A stretch of 64,000 nt of DNA from an uncultured Alphaproteobacteria bacterium (GTDB taxonomy: Bacteria; Pseudomonadota; Alphaproteobacteria; Rhizobiales; Methyloligellaceae), in assembly GCA_963825835.1 (NCBI GenBank), contig CAWGVA010000010.1:26990-90989 (forward strand), given 5' to 3'. Under the pieces are notes generated by a model, which searched no databases, was not told the origin of the DNA, and saw nothing but the letters and a program-made list of their open reading frames with translations. Position numbers and translations under genes: made by a program. Shown here piece by piece: positions 10,455-21,195 of the stretch; position 1 is the stretch's first letter; the number at the start of each line of letters is the position of its first letter.

Positions 10455-12377
10455 ATGCAGGACCTGCCGCAAACGAGGAGCGACGCGCTGATGGCCGCGC
10501 GTACCGGGCACCTCACGGTCTTGCGCGAGCTTGCCCCCTATATCTGGCCTGCCGGGCGTCCCGATCTCCGCATGCGCGTGGTCATGGCCCTAGTGGCGCT
10601 GATCATCGCCAAGGCGATCACCCTCATGGTGCCGATTGCCTACAAGGCGGTGGTCGACCTCCTGACCGACGAGGCGACGGGCAAACAGATCACCGCGATC
10701 GGCCTCGCCGCCAGTCCCGTCTTCCTCATCGTCGCCTATGGCGTCGGCCGGGTGCTGATGGTGCTGTTCGCCCAGTTCCGCGACGTATGGTTCACCGCGG
10801 TTGCCCAACACGCGGTGCGCGAGCTTGCCAACCGCACCTTCCGCCATTTGCACGAGCTCTCGCTGCGCTTTCACCTCGAGCGCCGCACCGGCGGGTTGAA
10901 CCGGGTCATCGAGCGTGGCGTCACCGGCGTCGACACCATCGTGCGCATGGCGGTGCTCAACTCCATCCCGACCGCGGTCGAGCTGCTCATGATCTCGGGC
11001 CTCGTCGCTTACTATTTCGGCTGGATCTATGTGGTGGTCGTGCTCCTGACGGTCGGCCTCTATGTCGCCTTCACCTTCTGGGCGAGCGAGCGGCGCATCG
11101 CCATCCGCCGCGACATGAACGATTCAGATACCGAGGCCCACGCCAAAGCGGTGGACAGCCTGCTCAACTACGAGACGGTGAAGTATTTCGGCAACGAGGA
11201 TCACGAGGCGCGCCGCTTCGATTCCTCCATGGCGCGCTACGAAAGGGCGGCGATCAGGACCTACACCTCGCTCGGTGTGCTCAATACCGGGCAGGCGGTA
11301 ATCTTCACCATCGGCACCGTCATTTGCATGCTGCTCGCGGCCCGCGACGTCGCCTCTGGCGCGCTCACCATCGGCGGGTTCGTGATGATCAACGCCATCC
11401 TCATGCAGCTTTATCTGCCGCTCAATTTCATGGGCATGGTGTATCGCGAGATCAAGCAGGGCCTCATCGACATCGAGACCATGTTCGCGCTGCTGCACGA
11501 GCCTCCCGAGATTATCGATCGACCCGGCGCCAAGAAGCTGCGCGTGAAGAAGGGCGAGATCAAATTCGAGAACGTGTCCTTCGCCTACGATCCAGAGCGT
11601 CAGATCCTCAACAATGTCAGCTTCGAGGTGCCAGCGGGCAAGATGGTCGCCATCGTCGGTCCCTCAGGTGCCGGCAAATCGACGATCTCGCGCATCCTGT
11701 TCCGCTTCTATGAGCTCACCGGCGGCCGCGTTTCGATCGACGGGCAGAATATCAGCGACGTGACGCAAAGCTCGCTCCGCGCCGCCATCGGCATGGTTCC
11801 GCAGGACACGGTGCTGTTCAACGACACGATCCTGTACAACATCCGCTATGGCCGCCCGGAGGCGAGCGACGCTGAGGTGCGCGAGGCGGCACGGCTTGCC
11901 CAGATCCACGACTTCATCATGACTCTGCCGCAAGGCTACGATTCGCTGGTCGGCGAGCGTGGGCTGAAGCTTTCCGGCGGCGAGAAGCAGCGCGTGGCCA
12001 TCGCCCGCACCATCCTCAAATCGCCGCCGATCCTGATGTTGGACGAGGCGACATCGGCGCTCGACAGCCACACCGAGAAGGAGATCCAGGATGCGCTGGA
12101 AAGGGTCGCGCGTGAGCGCACGTCGCTCGTCATCGCCCACCGGCTCTCCACCGTGGTGCATGCCGACAACATCATCGTGCTCGACCATGGCGAGATCGTC
12201 GAGCAGGGCACCCATCTCGAGCTGCTCGCGCGCGGCGGCCTTTATGCCAGCCTGTGGGCACGCCAGCGCGAGGCTGACCAGGCCCGCGAGCGCCTCGCGC
12301 AGGTGCTCGACCACGAACCTGAGCCAGAGTCGCGCGCTGCAGAGCGGCTCGAAGACGAGGCTCTTGCCGGCAACTAG
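10455..12377 (+). CDS. ABC transporter, fused permease/ATPase (Atm1/HMT-type exporter)
   Basis: Six-TM domain then NBD with Walker A GPSGAGKST, signature LSGGEKQR and Walker B ILMLDEATSALD. ATG 10455 chosen because the track start 10419 lies inside the upstream terminator. Confidence 0.85.
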   Translation: MQDLPQTRSDALMAARTGHLTVLRELAPYIWPAGRPDLRMRVVMALVALIIAKAITLMVPIAYKAVVDLLTDEATGKQITAIGLAASPVFLIVAYGVGRVLMVLFAQFRDVWFTAVAQHAVRELANRTFRHLHELSLRFHLERRTGGLNRVIERGVTGVDTIVRMAVLNSIPTAVELLMISGLVAYYFGWIYVVVVLLTVGLYVAFTFWASERRIAIRRDMNDSDTEAHAKAVDSLLNYETVKYFGNEDHEARRFDSSMARYERAAIRTYTSLGVLNTGQAVIFTIGTVICMLLAARDVASGALTIGGFVMINAILMQLYLPLNFMGMVYREIKQGLIDIETMFALLHEPPEIIDRPGAKKLRVKKGEIKFENVSFAYDPERQILNNVSFEVPAGKMVAIVGPSGAGKSTISRILFRFYELTGGRVSIDGQNISDVTQSSLRAAIGMVPQDTVLFNDTILYNIRYGRPEASDAEVREAARLAQIHDFIMTLPQGYDSLVGERGLKLSGGEKQRVAIARTILKSPPILMLDEATSALDSHTEKEIQDALERVARERTSLVIAHRLSTVVHADNIIVLDHGEIVEQGTHLELLARGGLYASLWARQREADQARERLAQVLDHEPEPESRAAERLEDEALAGN

Positions 12378-12393
12378 GACCATGACCTGACCC

Positions 12394-13095
12394 ATGAGCG
12401 AACGCCACACCATCCTCGACAGCATCACGAGCGCCTTCGTGCCGATCCACCCCGAAGGCCGCAAATTCATTGCCGGCTTTGCCGTGGCGGCGCTGATCCT
12501 GTTCCTGCTCGCGCCGCCGCTCGGCTGGCTCGGCGTGATCGCCACCGTGCTGTGCGCCTATTTCTTCCGCGATCCTGAGAGGGTGACGCCGCAGCGCCCA
12601 GGCCTCGTGGTGAGCGCTGCCGACGGCAAGCTCGTCAATATCGGCACTGTCATTCCGCCGAAGGAGCTTGCGCTCGGCGAGGCGCTCCTCACCGGCATCT
12701 CGGTGTTCCTCTCGGTGCTCGACGTGCATGTGGTGCGGGCGCCGGTGGCTGGGCGCGTGGCGCATAGCACCTACGTGCCGGGGAAGTTCCTAAATGCCGA
12801 GCTCGACAAGGCGAGCGAGGAGAATGAGCGGCGCGCGATGGTCATCGAAACCCCGGCAGGGGAGAAGATCGGCGTGGTGCTGATCGCAGGTCTGATTGCG
12901 CGGCGGATCGTGACTTTTGTGGGCGAGGGAGCTAGCGTAGCGGCAGGCGAGCGTATCGGGCTAATCCGTTTCGGCAGCCGGGTTGATGTTTATCTGCCGG
13001 CCGGCGGCGATGTTCTGGTGGCGGCCGGCCAGACGGCGATCGGCGGCGAGACGGCCTTGGCCGAGCTGCCAGGCGTTCGCGCCAGCGGGCCTTGA
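12394..13095 (+). CDS. psd: Phosphatidylserine decarboxylase proenzyme (short type)
   Basis: 233 aa with an N-terminal TM pair and the [13 protein letters not shown] self-cleavage (G-S) region. Followed by pssA. Confidence 0.9.
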   Translation: MSERHTILDSITSAFVPIHPEGRKFIAGFAVAALILFLLAPPLGWLGVIATVLCAYFFRDPERVTPQRPGLVVSAADGKLVNIGTVIPPKELALGEALLTGISVFLSVLDVHVVRAPVAGRVAHSTYVPGKFLNAELDKASEENERRAMVIETPAGEKIGVVLIAGLIARRIVTFVGEGASVAAGERIGLIRFGSRVDVYLPAGGDVLVAAGQTAIGGETALAELPGVRASGP

Positions 13096-13119
13096 GGCCG
13101 GCGGAGAGGTCTTCGTCCC

Positions 13120-13986
13120 ATGTTTCCTCCCTTCGATCCTGAAAAAGACGACCGCAAGCCGCGGGCGCGGGTGTTCGCGCGCGGCCAAGTGCCGACGCGA
13201 GTGCTGATCCCCAACATCTTCACTTTGCTCGGGCTGTGCGCAGGGTTGACTGCCATCCGCATGGCCATCGAGCATCGCTGGGACCTGGCCGTTGCCGCGC
13301 TCGTCTTCGCTGCCTTTCTCGACGGCATCGATGGGCGCGTCGCGCGGCTGCTCAAGGCCCAATCGCGCTTCGGCGCCGAGCTCGATTCCCTCGCCGATTT
13401 CGTCAATTTCGGCGTGGCGCCGGCCATTATCATGTTCAACTGGGCGCTCGACGATCTTAAGAGCATGGGCTGGATCGCCGTGCTGATCTATGCGGTGTGC
13501 GCCGCGCTCAGGCTTGCGCGTTTCAATGTGGCGCTCGACCGGACAGATCTGCCGGCGTGGAAAAGCAGCTATTTTGTCGGCGTGCCGGCGCCGGCCGGCG
13601 CCATCGTGCTGCTGTTGCCGATCTACGCGCAGGATCTCGGCCTGCATTTGCCGACCCTCACCCCGCTCGTGCTGCTCTATACGCTCGCGGTCGCGCTTCT
13701 GATGGTGAGCCGCGTGCCGACTTTCTCGGGCAAGCTGATCGGCCAGAAGATCGCACGCGAGTACGTGCTTCCGGTGTTCGTGCTCGTCGCGCTTTTCATC
13801 GCCTGCCTGCTGACCTATCCGTCGCTAACGCTTGCCGTGGGCTCGGTCATCTATCTCGCGCTCATTCCGGTCAGCGCCTATCGCTATTTCCAGGTCGAGA
13901 GGAAGATGGAGCTCATTGCCAAGGGGCAGAACGGCAAGGGCGCTTCGGAGACTACGGCGATCGAGCCGCCGTCCTTCCCGCGCTAG
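13120..13986 (+). CDS. pssA: CDP-diacylglycerol--serine O-phosphatidyltransferase
   Basis: CDP-alcohol phosphatidyltransferase motif DGIDGRVARLLKAQSRFGAELDSLAD. Polytopic membrane protein. Confidence 0.9.
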   Translation: MFPPFDPEKDDRKPRARVFARGQVPTRVLIPNIFTLLGLCAGLTAIRMAIEHRWDLAVAALVFAAFLDGIDGRVARLLKAQSRFGAELDSLADFVNFGVAPAIIMFNWALDDLKSMGWIAVLIYAVCAALRLARFNVALDRTDLPAWKSSYFVGVPAPAGAIVLLLPIYAQDLGLHLPTLTPLVLLYTLAVALLMVSRVPTFSGKLIGQKIAREYVLPVFVLVALFIACLLTYPSLTLAVGSVIYLALIPVSAYRYFQVERKMELIAKGQNGKGASETTAIEPPSFPR

Positions 13987-15308
13987 ATGTGCGCGTCGCT
14001 TTCGCCAGGGGCCAGCACGCCGGTGATGTCGTAGATCAACCCGCCTGGGGCGAGCAGGGCGCCTAGACGACCGCGCCCGAGCGCCACGATCTCGCGATGC
14101 TTCACGGCGAGCACCACCGCCTGGAAGCGATCGTCCGGCAGTTTGTCGACGATGCCGACGCCATATTCGTGCAGCGCGTCCTCGCGGTCGGCGACGGGAT
14201 CGTAAACCACCACATCGAGGAAGCTGCCAAGCTCGCGCACGAGATCAACGACCTTGGTGTTGCGCGTGTCGGGCACGTTCTCCTTGAAGGTGAAGCCCAT
14301 GACCAAGACCTTGGCGTCGTCCATCTTCAGCTTGCGGTGAAGCATGGCCTTAATGATGTCGCGGGCGACGAAGTTCGCCATGCCGTCATTGATGCGGCGC
14401 CCGGCAAGGATCATCTCCGGGTGAAAGCCGATCGATTGCGCCTTGTGGGTCAGATAATAGGGATCGACGCCGATGCAGTGGCCGCCGACGAGGCCAGGAC
14501 GATAAGCGTGAAAATTCCATTTGGTGCCGGCGGCGGCAAGCACCTCGCTGGTGTCGAGCCCGAGATCCTTGAACAGCATGGCAAGCTCGTTGATCAGCGC
14601 GATGTTCACGTCGCGCTGAATGTTCTCGATGACCTTGGCGGCTTCCGCCACTCTGACTGAGCTCACCTTGTGGGTGCCGGCGGTCACCACGCTGCCATAG
14701 ACCTTGTCGACGAGGTCGGCGGCGTCCGGCGTCGAGCCCGAGGTGACCTTGACGATGGTGGGGAGCCGGTGCTGCAAATCGCCGGGATTGATGCGCTCCG
14801 GTGAATAGCCAACGAAGAAGTCGCGGTTGAAGGTGAGCCCAGACGCCTTCGCCAGGATCGGCACGCAAACCTCTTCCGTGGCGCCAGGATAGACCGTCGA
14901 TTCGTAGACCACCACGTCGCCAGGCGAGAGCACGCGGCCGACCGTCTCGCTTGCCCGCATCAGCGCCGTGAGGTCAGGACGCTTGGCCTGATCGATAGGC
15001 GTCGGCACCGTGACGATGTAGAAATTGCAGTCGCGCAGAGCCTCGATATCGGCAGTGAAGGAAATGGTGCGGGCGGCGGCGAATTCCTCGTCGGTGACCT
15101 CGCCGGTGCGGTCGCGGCCGCCGGCAAGCTCGCCGATGCGGGCCGTATTGACGTCAAAGCCAAGAACGGGGAAGTGACGCGCCATGTAAACGGCAAGCGG
15201 CAGCCCGACATAGCCAAGCCCGATGATCCCGACCCGCACGTTCTCAAGCGCGGGCGGCCTCGCTTGCCCGGATCCCTCACGCGCTGCCGCCTTAATTTGG
15301 TCATTCAT
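13983..15308 (-). CDS. Nucleotide-sugar dehydrogenase (UDP-glucose/GDP-mannose dehydrogenase family, TviB/WbpO-like)
   Basis: N-terminal Rossmann motif VGIIGLGYVGLPLA and catalytic region GGHCIGVDPYY. 441 aa. Confidence 0.85.
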   Translation of the reverse strand: MNDQIKAAAREGSGQARPPALENVRVGIIGLGYVGLPLAVYMARHFPVLGFDVNTARIGELAGGRDRTGEVTDEEFAAARTISFTADIEALRDCNFYIVTVPTPIDQAKRPDLTALMRASETVGRVLSPGDVVVYESTVYPGATEEVCVPILAKASGLTFNRDFFVGYSPERINPGDLQHRLPTIVKVTSGSTPDAADLVDKVYGSVVTAGTHKVSSVRVAEAAKVIENIQRDVNIALINELAMLFKDLGLDTSEVLAAAGTKWNFHAYRPGLVGGHCIGVDPYYLTHKAQSIGFHPEMILAGRRINDGMANFVARDIIKAMLHRKLKMDDAKVLVMGFTFKENVPDTRNTKVVDLVRELGSFLDVVVYDPVADREDALHEYGVGIVDKLPDDRFQAVVLAVKHREIVALGRGRLGALLAPGGLIYDITGVLAPGESDAHI

Positions 15309-15463
15309 GGGCAGGTTCTATCGTCCCTCGATATCGGGGCGTGACTTAGCATTTCGCGCAGTTTTTCGCAAAGTTCGGGGAGCGGCCGCGAGGGTCCGAA
15401 TTTGTCCTCGGCCCGCTAAGATGCTAAGGCCAAAGCCGAAAAAATGGCGGGGGCGGCACGCGC

Positions 15464-16372
15464 ATGAAGCATAGACTTTCAACCTATCTGCGCCAGCTCG
15501 AGGCTGAGAGCATCCAGATCATGCGTGAGGTGGTGGCGGAATTCCACCACCCCGTCATGCTCTATTCGATCGGCAAGGACTCCTCGGTCATGGCGCATCT
15601 CGCCACGAAGGCGTTCTATCCGGCAAAGCCGCCGTTTCCGCTGCTGCACGTCGATACCACCTGGAAGTTCCGCGAGATGATCGCCTTCCGCGACCGCGAG
15701 GCGAAGCGGCTCGGGGTCGATCTCATGGTGCATGTCAACGAGCAGGGCGTGCACGACGGCATCTCGCCGATTACCCATGGCAGCGCGCTCTACACCGACA
15801 TCATGAAGACGCAGAGCCTCAAGCAGGCGCTCGAGCAGCATCATTTCGATGCGGCCTTCGGCGGGGCGCGGCGCGACGAGGAAAAGTCGCGCGCCAAGGA
15901 GCGCGTGTTCTCCTTCCGCAACGCTGCCCACAATTGGGACCCGAAGCGGCAGCGCCCCGAGCTCTGGCACCTCGCCAACACCCAGATCAAATCCGGCGAA
16001 AGCATGCGCGTGTTTCCGCTGTCGAACTGGACCGAGCTCGACGTGTGGACCTACATCTATCTGGAAAATATTCCGGTGGTTCCGCTCTATTTCGCCGCCG
16101 AGCGCCCGGTGGTCGAACGTGGCGGCATGCTGATCATGGTCGATGACGATCGCCTGCCCATGGATGAAGGCGAGAAGCCCACGATGCGGCGCGTGCGCTT
16201 CCGCACGCTTGGCTGCTATCCGCTGTCAGGCGCCATAGAATCGAATGCCGCGACCGTGCCCGAGATCATCGAGGAGCTGGTCGCGGCGCGCTCGTCGGAG
16301 CGCCAGGGCCGGGTCATCGACCACGATCAGACCGGGTCGATGGAGAAAAAGAAGCAGGAAGGGTATTTCTGA
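15464..16372 (+). CDS. cysD: Sulfate adenylyltransferase subunit 2
   Basis: PAPS-reductase-fold N-terminus (YSIGKDSSV) and conserved C-terminus [11 protein letters not shown]. Followed by cysN. Confidence 0.95.
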   Translation: MKHRLSTYLRQLEAESIQIMREVVAEFHHPVMLYSIGKDSSVMAHLATKAFYPAKPPFPLLHVDTTWKFREMIAFRDREAKRLGVDLMVHVNEQGVHDGISPITHGSALYTDIMKTQSLKQALEQHHFDAAFGGARRDEEKSRAKERVFSFRNAAHNWDPKRQRPELWHLANTQIKSGESMRVFPLSNWTELDVWTYIYLENIPVVPLYFAAERPVVERGGMLIMVDDDRLPMDEGEKPTMRRVRFRTLGCYPLSGAIESNAATVPEIIEELVAARSSERQGRVIDHDQTGSMEKKKQEGYF

Positions 16373-18288
16373 TGGCACGGTTGAGTGTTGTCGACACTAA
16401 GCGTGACGCTGCTGCTGAGGAGCGGCTGAAGGAGCGCCTCGCCGCCGAGGAGAATCGCGGCCTATTGCGTTTTCTCACCTGCGGCAGCGTGGATGACGGC
16501 AAGAGCACGCTGATCGGGCGGCTGCTCTACAACTCGGCGCAGATCTACGACGACCAGTTGAAAAGCGCCGAGCGCGACTCGAAGCGCCCTGGCGGCAACG
16601 GCGCGCTCGACCTTGCTCTCCTGGTCGACGGCCTCCAGGCCGAGCGCGAGCAGAAGATCACCATCGACGTGGCTTATCGCTATTTCTCGACGCCGCGCCG
16701 CAAGTTCATCGTCGCCGATACGCCGGGGCATGTGCAGTACACGCGCAACATGGCGACCGGAGCGTCCAATTGCGACTTCGCCGTGCTCTTGGTCGATGCG
16801 CGGAGCGGCGTGCTCACCCAGACGCGGCGGCATGCCTGCATCGTCTCGCTGCTCGGCATCCGCAAGCTCGCGCTTGCCGTGAACAAGATGGATCTCGTCG
16901 ATTTTAGCCAGGCGCGCTTCGATGCGATCGCCGAGGATTTCAGGAGCTTCGCCGAGCCGCTCGGCTTCGAAGCAATCACCTGCATCCCGGTATCGGCGCT
17001 GAAGGGCGACAATGTGATCGTGCCCAGCCCGCATATGCATTGGTACCGAGGCCCCACGCTGCTCGGGCATCTCGAGACGGTTGATGTGTCACGGGAGGAG
17101 AAGGAGGAGCCGTTCCGCTTCCCCGTGCAGTGGGTGAACCGGCCGCATCTCGACTTCCGCGGATACGCCGGCACGATTGCGAGCGGCAAGGTCAGGCCAG
17201 GCGATGAGGTGATGATCCAGCCTTCGGGCAAGCGCGTGCATGTGGCGCGCATCGTCACCGCCGACGGCGACCTTGAGGTTGCCCGTCGCGGCGATGCCGT
17301 CACGCTCACCTTTGCCGAAGAAGTCGACGCCAGCCGCGGCGATATCGTCTGTGGGATCGAGGAGGCGCCTGCGATCGCCGATCAGATCGCGGCGCACATC
17401 GTCTGGTTCGATGAGGAGCCGATGCTGCCCGGCCGCAGCTACGCGCTCAAATGCGGCTGTCAAACCACAACCGCCACCATCTCGAGCCTGAAATACAAGC
17501 TCAATGTCGACAATCTGGAGCATGTCGCAGGCAAGACACTTGAGCTCAACGAAGTCGGGTCCTGCAACTTAAGCACCGGCAAGGCGCTCGTGTTCGATCC
17601 TTACGCCGAGAATTCCGAGACCGGGAGCTTCATCCTGATCGACCGCTTCACCCATGGCACGGTCGCTGCAGGGATGATCGAGTTCGGCTTGCGGCGTGCC
17701 ACCAACATCCAGTGGCAGGCGCTCTCCATCGACAAGCAGGCGCGGTCGCGGCTGAAGGGTCAGCAGCCTTGTGTGCTCTGGTTCACCGGACTGTCAGGCT
17801 CGGGCAAGTCGACCATCGCCAACATGCTGGAGAAGCGGCTGCACGCGCTCGGCCGGCACACTTACGTGCTCGATGGCGACAACATCCGCCACGGGCTCAA
17901 CAAGGACCTCGGCTTTACCGACGCAGACCGGGTGGAGAACATCCGCCGCGTGGCGGAGACGGCCAAGCTGTTCGTGGAGGCCGGTCTGATCGTCATGGTG
18001 TCGTTCATCTCGCCGTTCCGCTCCGAACGGCGGATGGCGCGCGAGCTGCTCCAAGAGGGCGAGTTCGTCGAGGTCTATGTCGACACGCCACTCGAAATCT
18101 GCGAGGCGCGCGATCCCAAGGGGCTCTACCGCAAGGCGCGGGCAGGGTTGATCAGCCACTTCACCGGCATCGATTCAGACTACGAGGTGCCGGAGGCTGC
18201 TGAGCTCACCCTCGATACCAGCAAGACGACACCCGACGCGCTCGCCGAGGCTCTGCTTGCCGAACTCAGGCGCCGCCACGTCATCTAG
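16372..18288 (+). CDS. cysNC: Bifunctional sulfate adenylyltransferase subunit 1 / adenylylsulfate kinase
   Basis: GTPase motifs [14 protein letters not shown] and NKMD, plus a C-terminal APS kinase domain with P-loop GLSGSGKST. Start overlaps the cysD stop (TGATG). Confidence 0.95.
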   Translation: MARLSVVDTKRDAAAEERLKERLAAEENRGLLRFLTCGSVDDGKSTLIGRLLYNSAQIYDDQLKSAERDSKRPGGNGALDLALLVDGLQAEREQKITIDVAYRYFSTPRRKFIVADTPGHVQYTRNMATGASNCDFAVLLVDARSGVLTQTRRHACIVSLLGIRKLALAVNKMDLVDFSQARFDAIAEDFRSFAEPLGFEAITCIPVSALKGDNVIVPSPHMHWYRGPTLLGHLETVDVSREEKEEPFRFPVQWVNRPHLDFRGYAGTIASGKVRPGDEVMIQPSGKRVHVARIVTADGDLEVARRGDAVTLTFAEEVDASRGDIVCGIEEAPAIADQIAAHIVWFDEEPMLPGRSYALKCGCQTTTATISSLKYKLNVDNLEHVAGKTLELNEVGSCNLSTGKALVFDPYAENSETGSFILIDRFTHGTVAAGMIEFGLRRATNIQWQALSIDKQARSRLKGQQPCVLWFTGLSGSGKSTIANMLEKRLHALGRHTYVLDGDNIRHGLNKDLGFTDADRVENIRRVAETAKLFVEAGLIVMVSFISPFRSERRMARELLQEGEFVEVYVDTPLEICEARDPKGLYRKARAGLISHFTGIDSDYEVPEAAELTLDTSKTTPDALAEALLAELRRRHVI

Positions 18289-18295
18289 AAAAGTT

Positions 18296-18349
18296 GGGCC
18301 GCAGCCGCCGATCCCCCCGATTTGGTCCCTCGGTTAGCGGCTGCGGCCC
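18296..18349. terminator. Long hairpin between convergent genes (possible bidirectional terminator)
   Basis: 13-bp arms GGGCCGCAGCCGC / GCGGCTGCGGCCC around a ~28-nt loop. No clear T-tract. Confidence 0.4.
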
Positions 18350-18357
18350 ACCTCAAG

Positions 18358-19704
18358 CTAGTCTGAGAGACTAGCGAGGATCTTCAAGCGCTCGGCGGCC
18401 TTCACGCTGCCCGACTCCGAGGCCCATTCGTACCAACCCACGGCGCGCGTCTTGTCCGGACCAACGCCGCGCGCGCCAAGCTCGGCCAGATATTCGGCAT
18501 CGAACGTGCGCGCGAGCTCGTAGGCAGCGTCGGCTTCGCCTTGCTCGGCTAGATGCATGAGCAGGAGCCGTGCGCCGGCGATATCGCCTTCGCCGAGGAG
18601 ACGTATGGCGCGCGTCATGAGCGGAGAGGCTGGAGCGGCGGCGGCAGGCTGCGCCTGCGCGGGTGCCTGTGCCGCGTTGAACAGAGTTCCAGGGGCTCCG
18701 GCGGCCGATGCCAAGGTAGGCCCGGCAGCGACGCGGAACACTAAACGCTGCCGGGCCTGGGGGGCGCTAGCGGCGCCTAAAGCGTAAACCTCCACGGGAT
18801 AGTCGCCGCTCGCGGCGCCACCGATCGACAAGGTCAGGTGGCCGGCGTCCCTCTCCTTCACGAGCCAAGCACCGCTCGGGTTGCGCTGGCCGGCGGAGAG
18901 CTTGGCTTCGCTGGGAAGGCCGCGGACGAGGACGTAGCGCGCCTGCCGCTGGGTGAGCAGGGGAGCAAGCTCGAGCGGGCGGCCGGCTTGCACCATGATC
19001 AACTGCGGCGGTGTGTTGGCCGCCGACGAAGAGGCTGTCACGGGCTCTGGCGCGGCGCTCGAAGCCTCTTCCTCGACCGGCGCAGGCTCGGTGAAGGGCG
19101 CCGCCTTGGCGAGGATGAGCTTTGGCAGCGCAGAGTCTTGCGACCCGTGCCAAACCACGGAACTCGAACTTTTGACCAGAGGGTCGGCGTCGGCAGGAGA
19201 GGGCTTGGCGAAACTTGCAAGGGCCGCAATGCCGACCACGGTCAACACGATCGACGTGGCAACGCACCCGGCGACGAGTATGCTCGCTTGGCGTTGACGA
19301 CGGCGGAAGTCGTGAACGAGCGCCTGCATATGAGCTTGCGGGGCAGGCTTCGGTTCGAGCGGCAAGCCCGCCTCAAAGGCCTCAGAGTCGCTGAGATCGT
19401 AGCCGCTGCCGGTCTCGGCGCGGACTGCGAGCGCAAGGTCCTCAAGAAAGGTGCCGAGCTCCTCGTCGTCGGGCACCAAGGTCCGCAGTCGAGCCGCGAG
19501 CGAGCGGGGAAGTGCCATCCCGCGGGCAATGCGCCTCGTATATTGCGGCGTCTCGATATACGGAAAGGTGCTGCGGTGGATTGCGTCCCAGCGCACCCCG
19601 GGAATCGCCGCCGGACGATCCGCTTCGAGGTACGCGCGGGGCAGCAGTTGACGCAACGGTTGCAAACCAGGCTCTGCTCTGCAGGGCGCGGCGGAACCGA
19701 TCAT
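18358..19704 (-). CDS. Membrane-anchored protein with C-terminal Sel1/TPR-like repeats
   Basis: Central TM (ILVAGCVATSIVLTVVGIAALASF). C-terminus AYELARTFDAEYL...AVGWYEWASESGSVKAAERL resembles Sel1 repeats. Confidence 0.55.
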   Translation of the reverse strand: MIGSAAPCRAEPGLQPLRQLLPRAYLEADRPAAIPGVRWDAIHRSTFPYIETPQYTRRIARGMALPRSLAARLRTLVPDDEELGTFLEDLALAVRAETGSGYDLSDSEAFEAGLPLEPKPAPQAHMQALVHDFRRRQRQASILVAGCVATSIVLTVVGIAALASFAKPSPADADPLVKSSSSVVWHGSQDSALPKLILAKAAPFTEPAPVEEEASSAAPEPVTASSSAANTPPQLIMVQAGRPLELAPLLTQRQARYVLVRGLPSEAKLSAGQRNPSGAWLVKERDAGHLTLSIGGAASGDYPVEVYALGAASAPQARQRLVFRVAAGPTLASAAGAPGTLFNAAQAPAQAQPAAAAPASPLMTRAIRLLGEGDIAGARLLLMHLAEQGEADAAYELARTFDAEYLAELGARGVGPDKTRAVGWYEWASESGSVKAAERLKILASLSD

Positions 19705-19789
19705 ATTTGTACTCCATGGTTACTCCGCCGAGCGGCTTGGCCGCCCGGCGTTACGCGCCCCGTCTTCCCCCTCCCACAAAAAAAGCGCG

Positions 19790-20890
19790 CTAGTGCCCTT
19801 TAGCGCGCTGCCACTCGATATACTGTTCGAACAATACGTCCCTCTGATTTTGGCTCACGGGCAGATTTGACTGGACTGCGCCAGCTTCGATCTTTGCCTG
19901 TGTGCCTTTGCGCGCGTCTTCATGCTGCGCCAACCATGCTTCAGCCGCGGGCGCCCGGGTCCATCCGGGGAGGCTCGCGGCGAGATTGATCTCGCGCCAT
20001 TTCGGATGCCTGCCGTCTTTCTTGAGTTCGCCGAAGTGCGAGAAGAGCGTGTCGACCAATTGCGCCACACGGTCGGCGTGGCCTGGATCGTCCTTGGACG
20101 CCGCCGCGAGCAGCGCCACGCCGGTCGCGACCGACGGAATCTCGGTCTCCATTTCGATCAGGTTCGGATAATCGTCATGGTCGAAACCCGTCGGCAAATA
20201 GACGGCTTCGAGGCCCGCGCCGAATGCGACGGGCAGAAGATGCAGGCCCTGATTTGCCGGGATCCCCGCGATCACGGGCATCGGCTTCGCGCCGACGAAC
20301 ACGCTCGCGGCGATCGCGCCTTGCGTCAGTTGCTCGATGGCAGCGCGGCCGTCGAGAGCAACCGGCTCGACCTCGATGTTCAGAGCCCGGAACAGAGTCC
20401 TTGCAGTGACCGCCGAGCTTCCGCCGTCAGTGCCGAAATTCACCTTCTTGCCGGCGAGATCGGCGAGGCTGTCGATGCCGGCCTGCGCCAGGACATGAAC
20501 CTCTTGCGGACAGAGCCGCGCGACCACCTGCAGGCTCGCGGCGAGATTTGGCACGGAGCTCTGCGTCTCGGAATCGGCGAGGACGTCGGTCGAAACAAAA
20601 CCCGCATCAATGTGCGGGTCGTGCAAAAGTCGTGAAATGTTGTTGAGGCCGCTGTCGCCCGGTACCGGAACGACGCGGAATGGGCTGTCGGTGGCGAAGA
20701 GCTCAGCCATCTCGGCAGCAAGCTCGATTTCCGATCCGGCCTCGTCGCCCGCGATCACACCGAGCCAGTCTGCGCTTGAATTGGGATCCAGGTCTTTGCC
20801 GGTTCCCAGGGTTGCGTCGCCCGAGGCGACCATGCCGAAAATGGCGACAAAAACCAACGGCAGTCGGATACGCAAAATGCGCGCCGCCAT
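19790..20890 (-). CDS. Periplasmic solute-binding protein, TAXI (TRAP-associated)/NMT1-like
   Basis: Signal peptide, then GKKVNFGTDGGSSAVTARTLFRALNIEVEPV... pattern typical of TAXI receptors. No TRAP permease is adjacent. Confidence 0.55.
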   Translation of the reverse strand: MAARILRIRLPLVFVAIFGMVASGDATLGTGKDLDPNSSADWLGVIAGDEAGSEIELAAEMAELFATDSPFRVVPVPGDSGLNNISRLLHDPHIDAGFVSTDVLADSETQSSVPNLAASLQVVARLCPQEVHVLAQAGIDSLADLAGKKVNFGTDGGSSAVTARTLFRALNIEVEPVALDGRAAIEQLTQGAIAASVFVGAKPMPVIAGIPANQGLHLLPVAFGAGLEAVYLPTGFDHDDYPNLIEMETEIPSVATGVALLAAASKDDPGHADRVAQLVDTLFSHFGELKKDGRHPKWREINLAASLPGWTRAPAAEAWLAQHEDARKGTQAKIEAGAVQSNLPVSQNQRDVLFEQYIEWQRAKGH

Positions 20891-21195
20891 GACACCCGTC
20901 CCTCTTCACGGCAGGAGCCGGAGCTTCTAGAGCGCCGGGCGCCTCAACCGTCGAGCATGTGGACGGGCAACGCATGAAATCGACACCCCCCTGCATCTCG
21001 AAGGCCGGCAGCTAAACGCCTGTCCGGCATTCTTCCCGTGTCTCAAACCCCGTTCGGGGCAAAACGTTCATTTTTTGTTAAACATGAACGTAACCCGCGA
21101 CTGGGGCGCCACTTCGTCCTGATTGCGGCGAAGCCGAGGCTTGGTGCTTGACAAGTGTCGGCGAGGTAACAGGAAGCGCGACGCGCGAGGGTAGC

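Noticed and set aside
10787-11713. 308-aa + strand ORF inside the ABC transporter gene.
   Set aside because: It is an alternative frame of a gene whose annotated frame shows six TM helices and Walker/signature motifs. The translation is Arg/His/Gly-rich junk.
15345-15428. CTTAGCAT (15345-15352) and ATGCTAAG (15421-15428) inverted repeats in the cysD leader as a possible regulatory structure.
   Set aside because: Only 8-bp arms separated by ~70 nt. There is no supporting conservation information and no match to a riboswitch I know.
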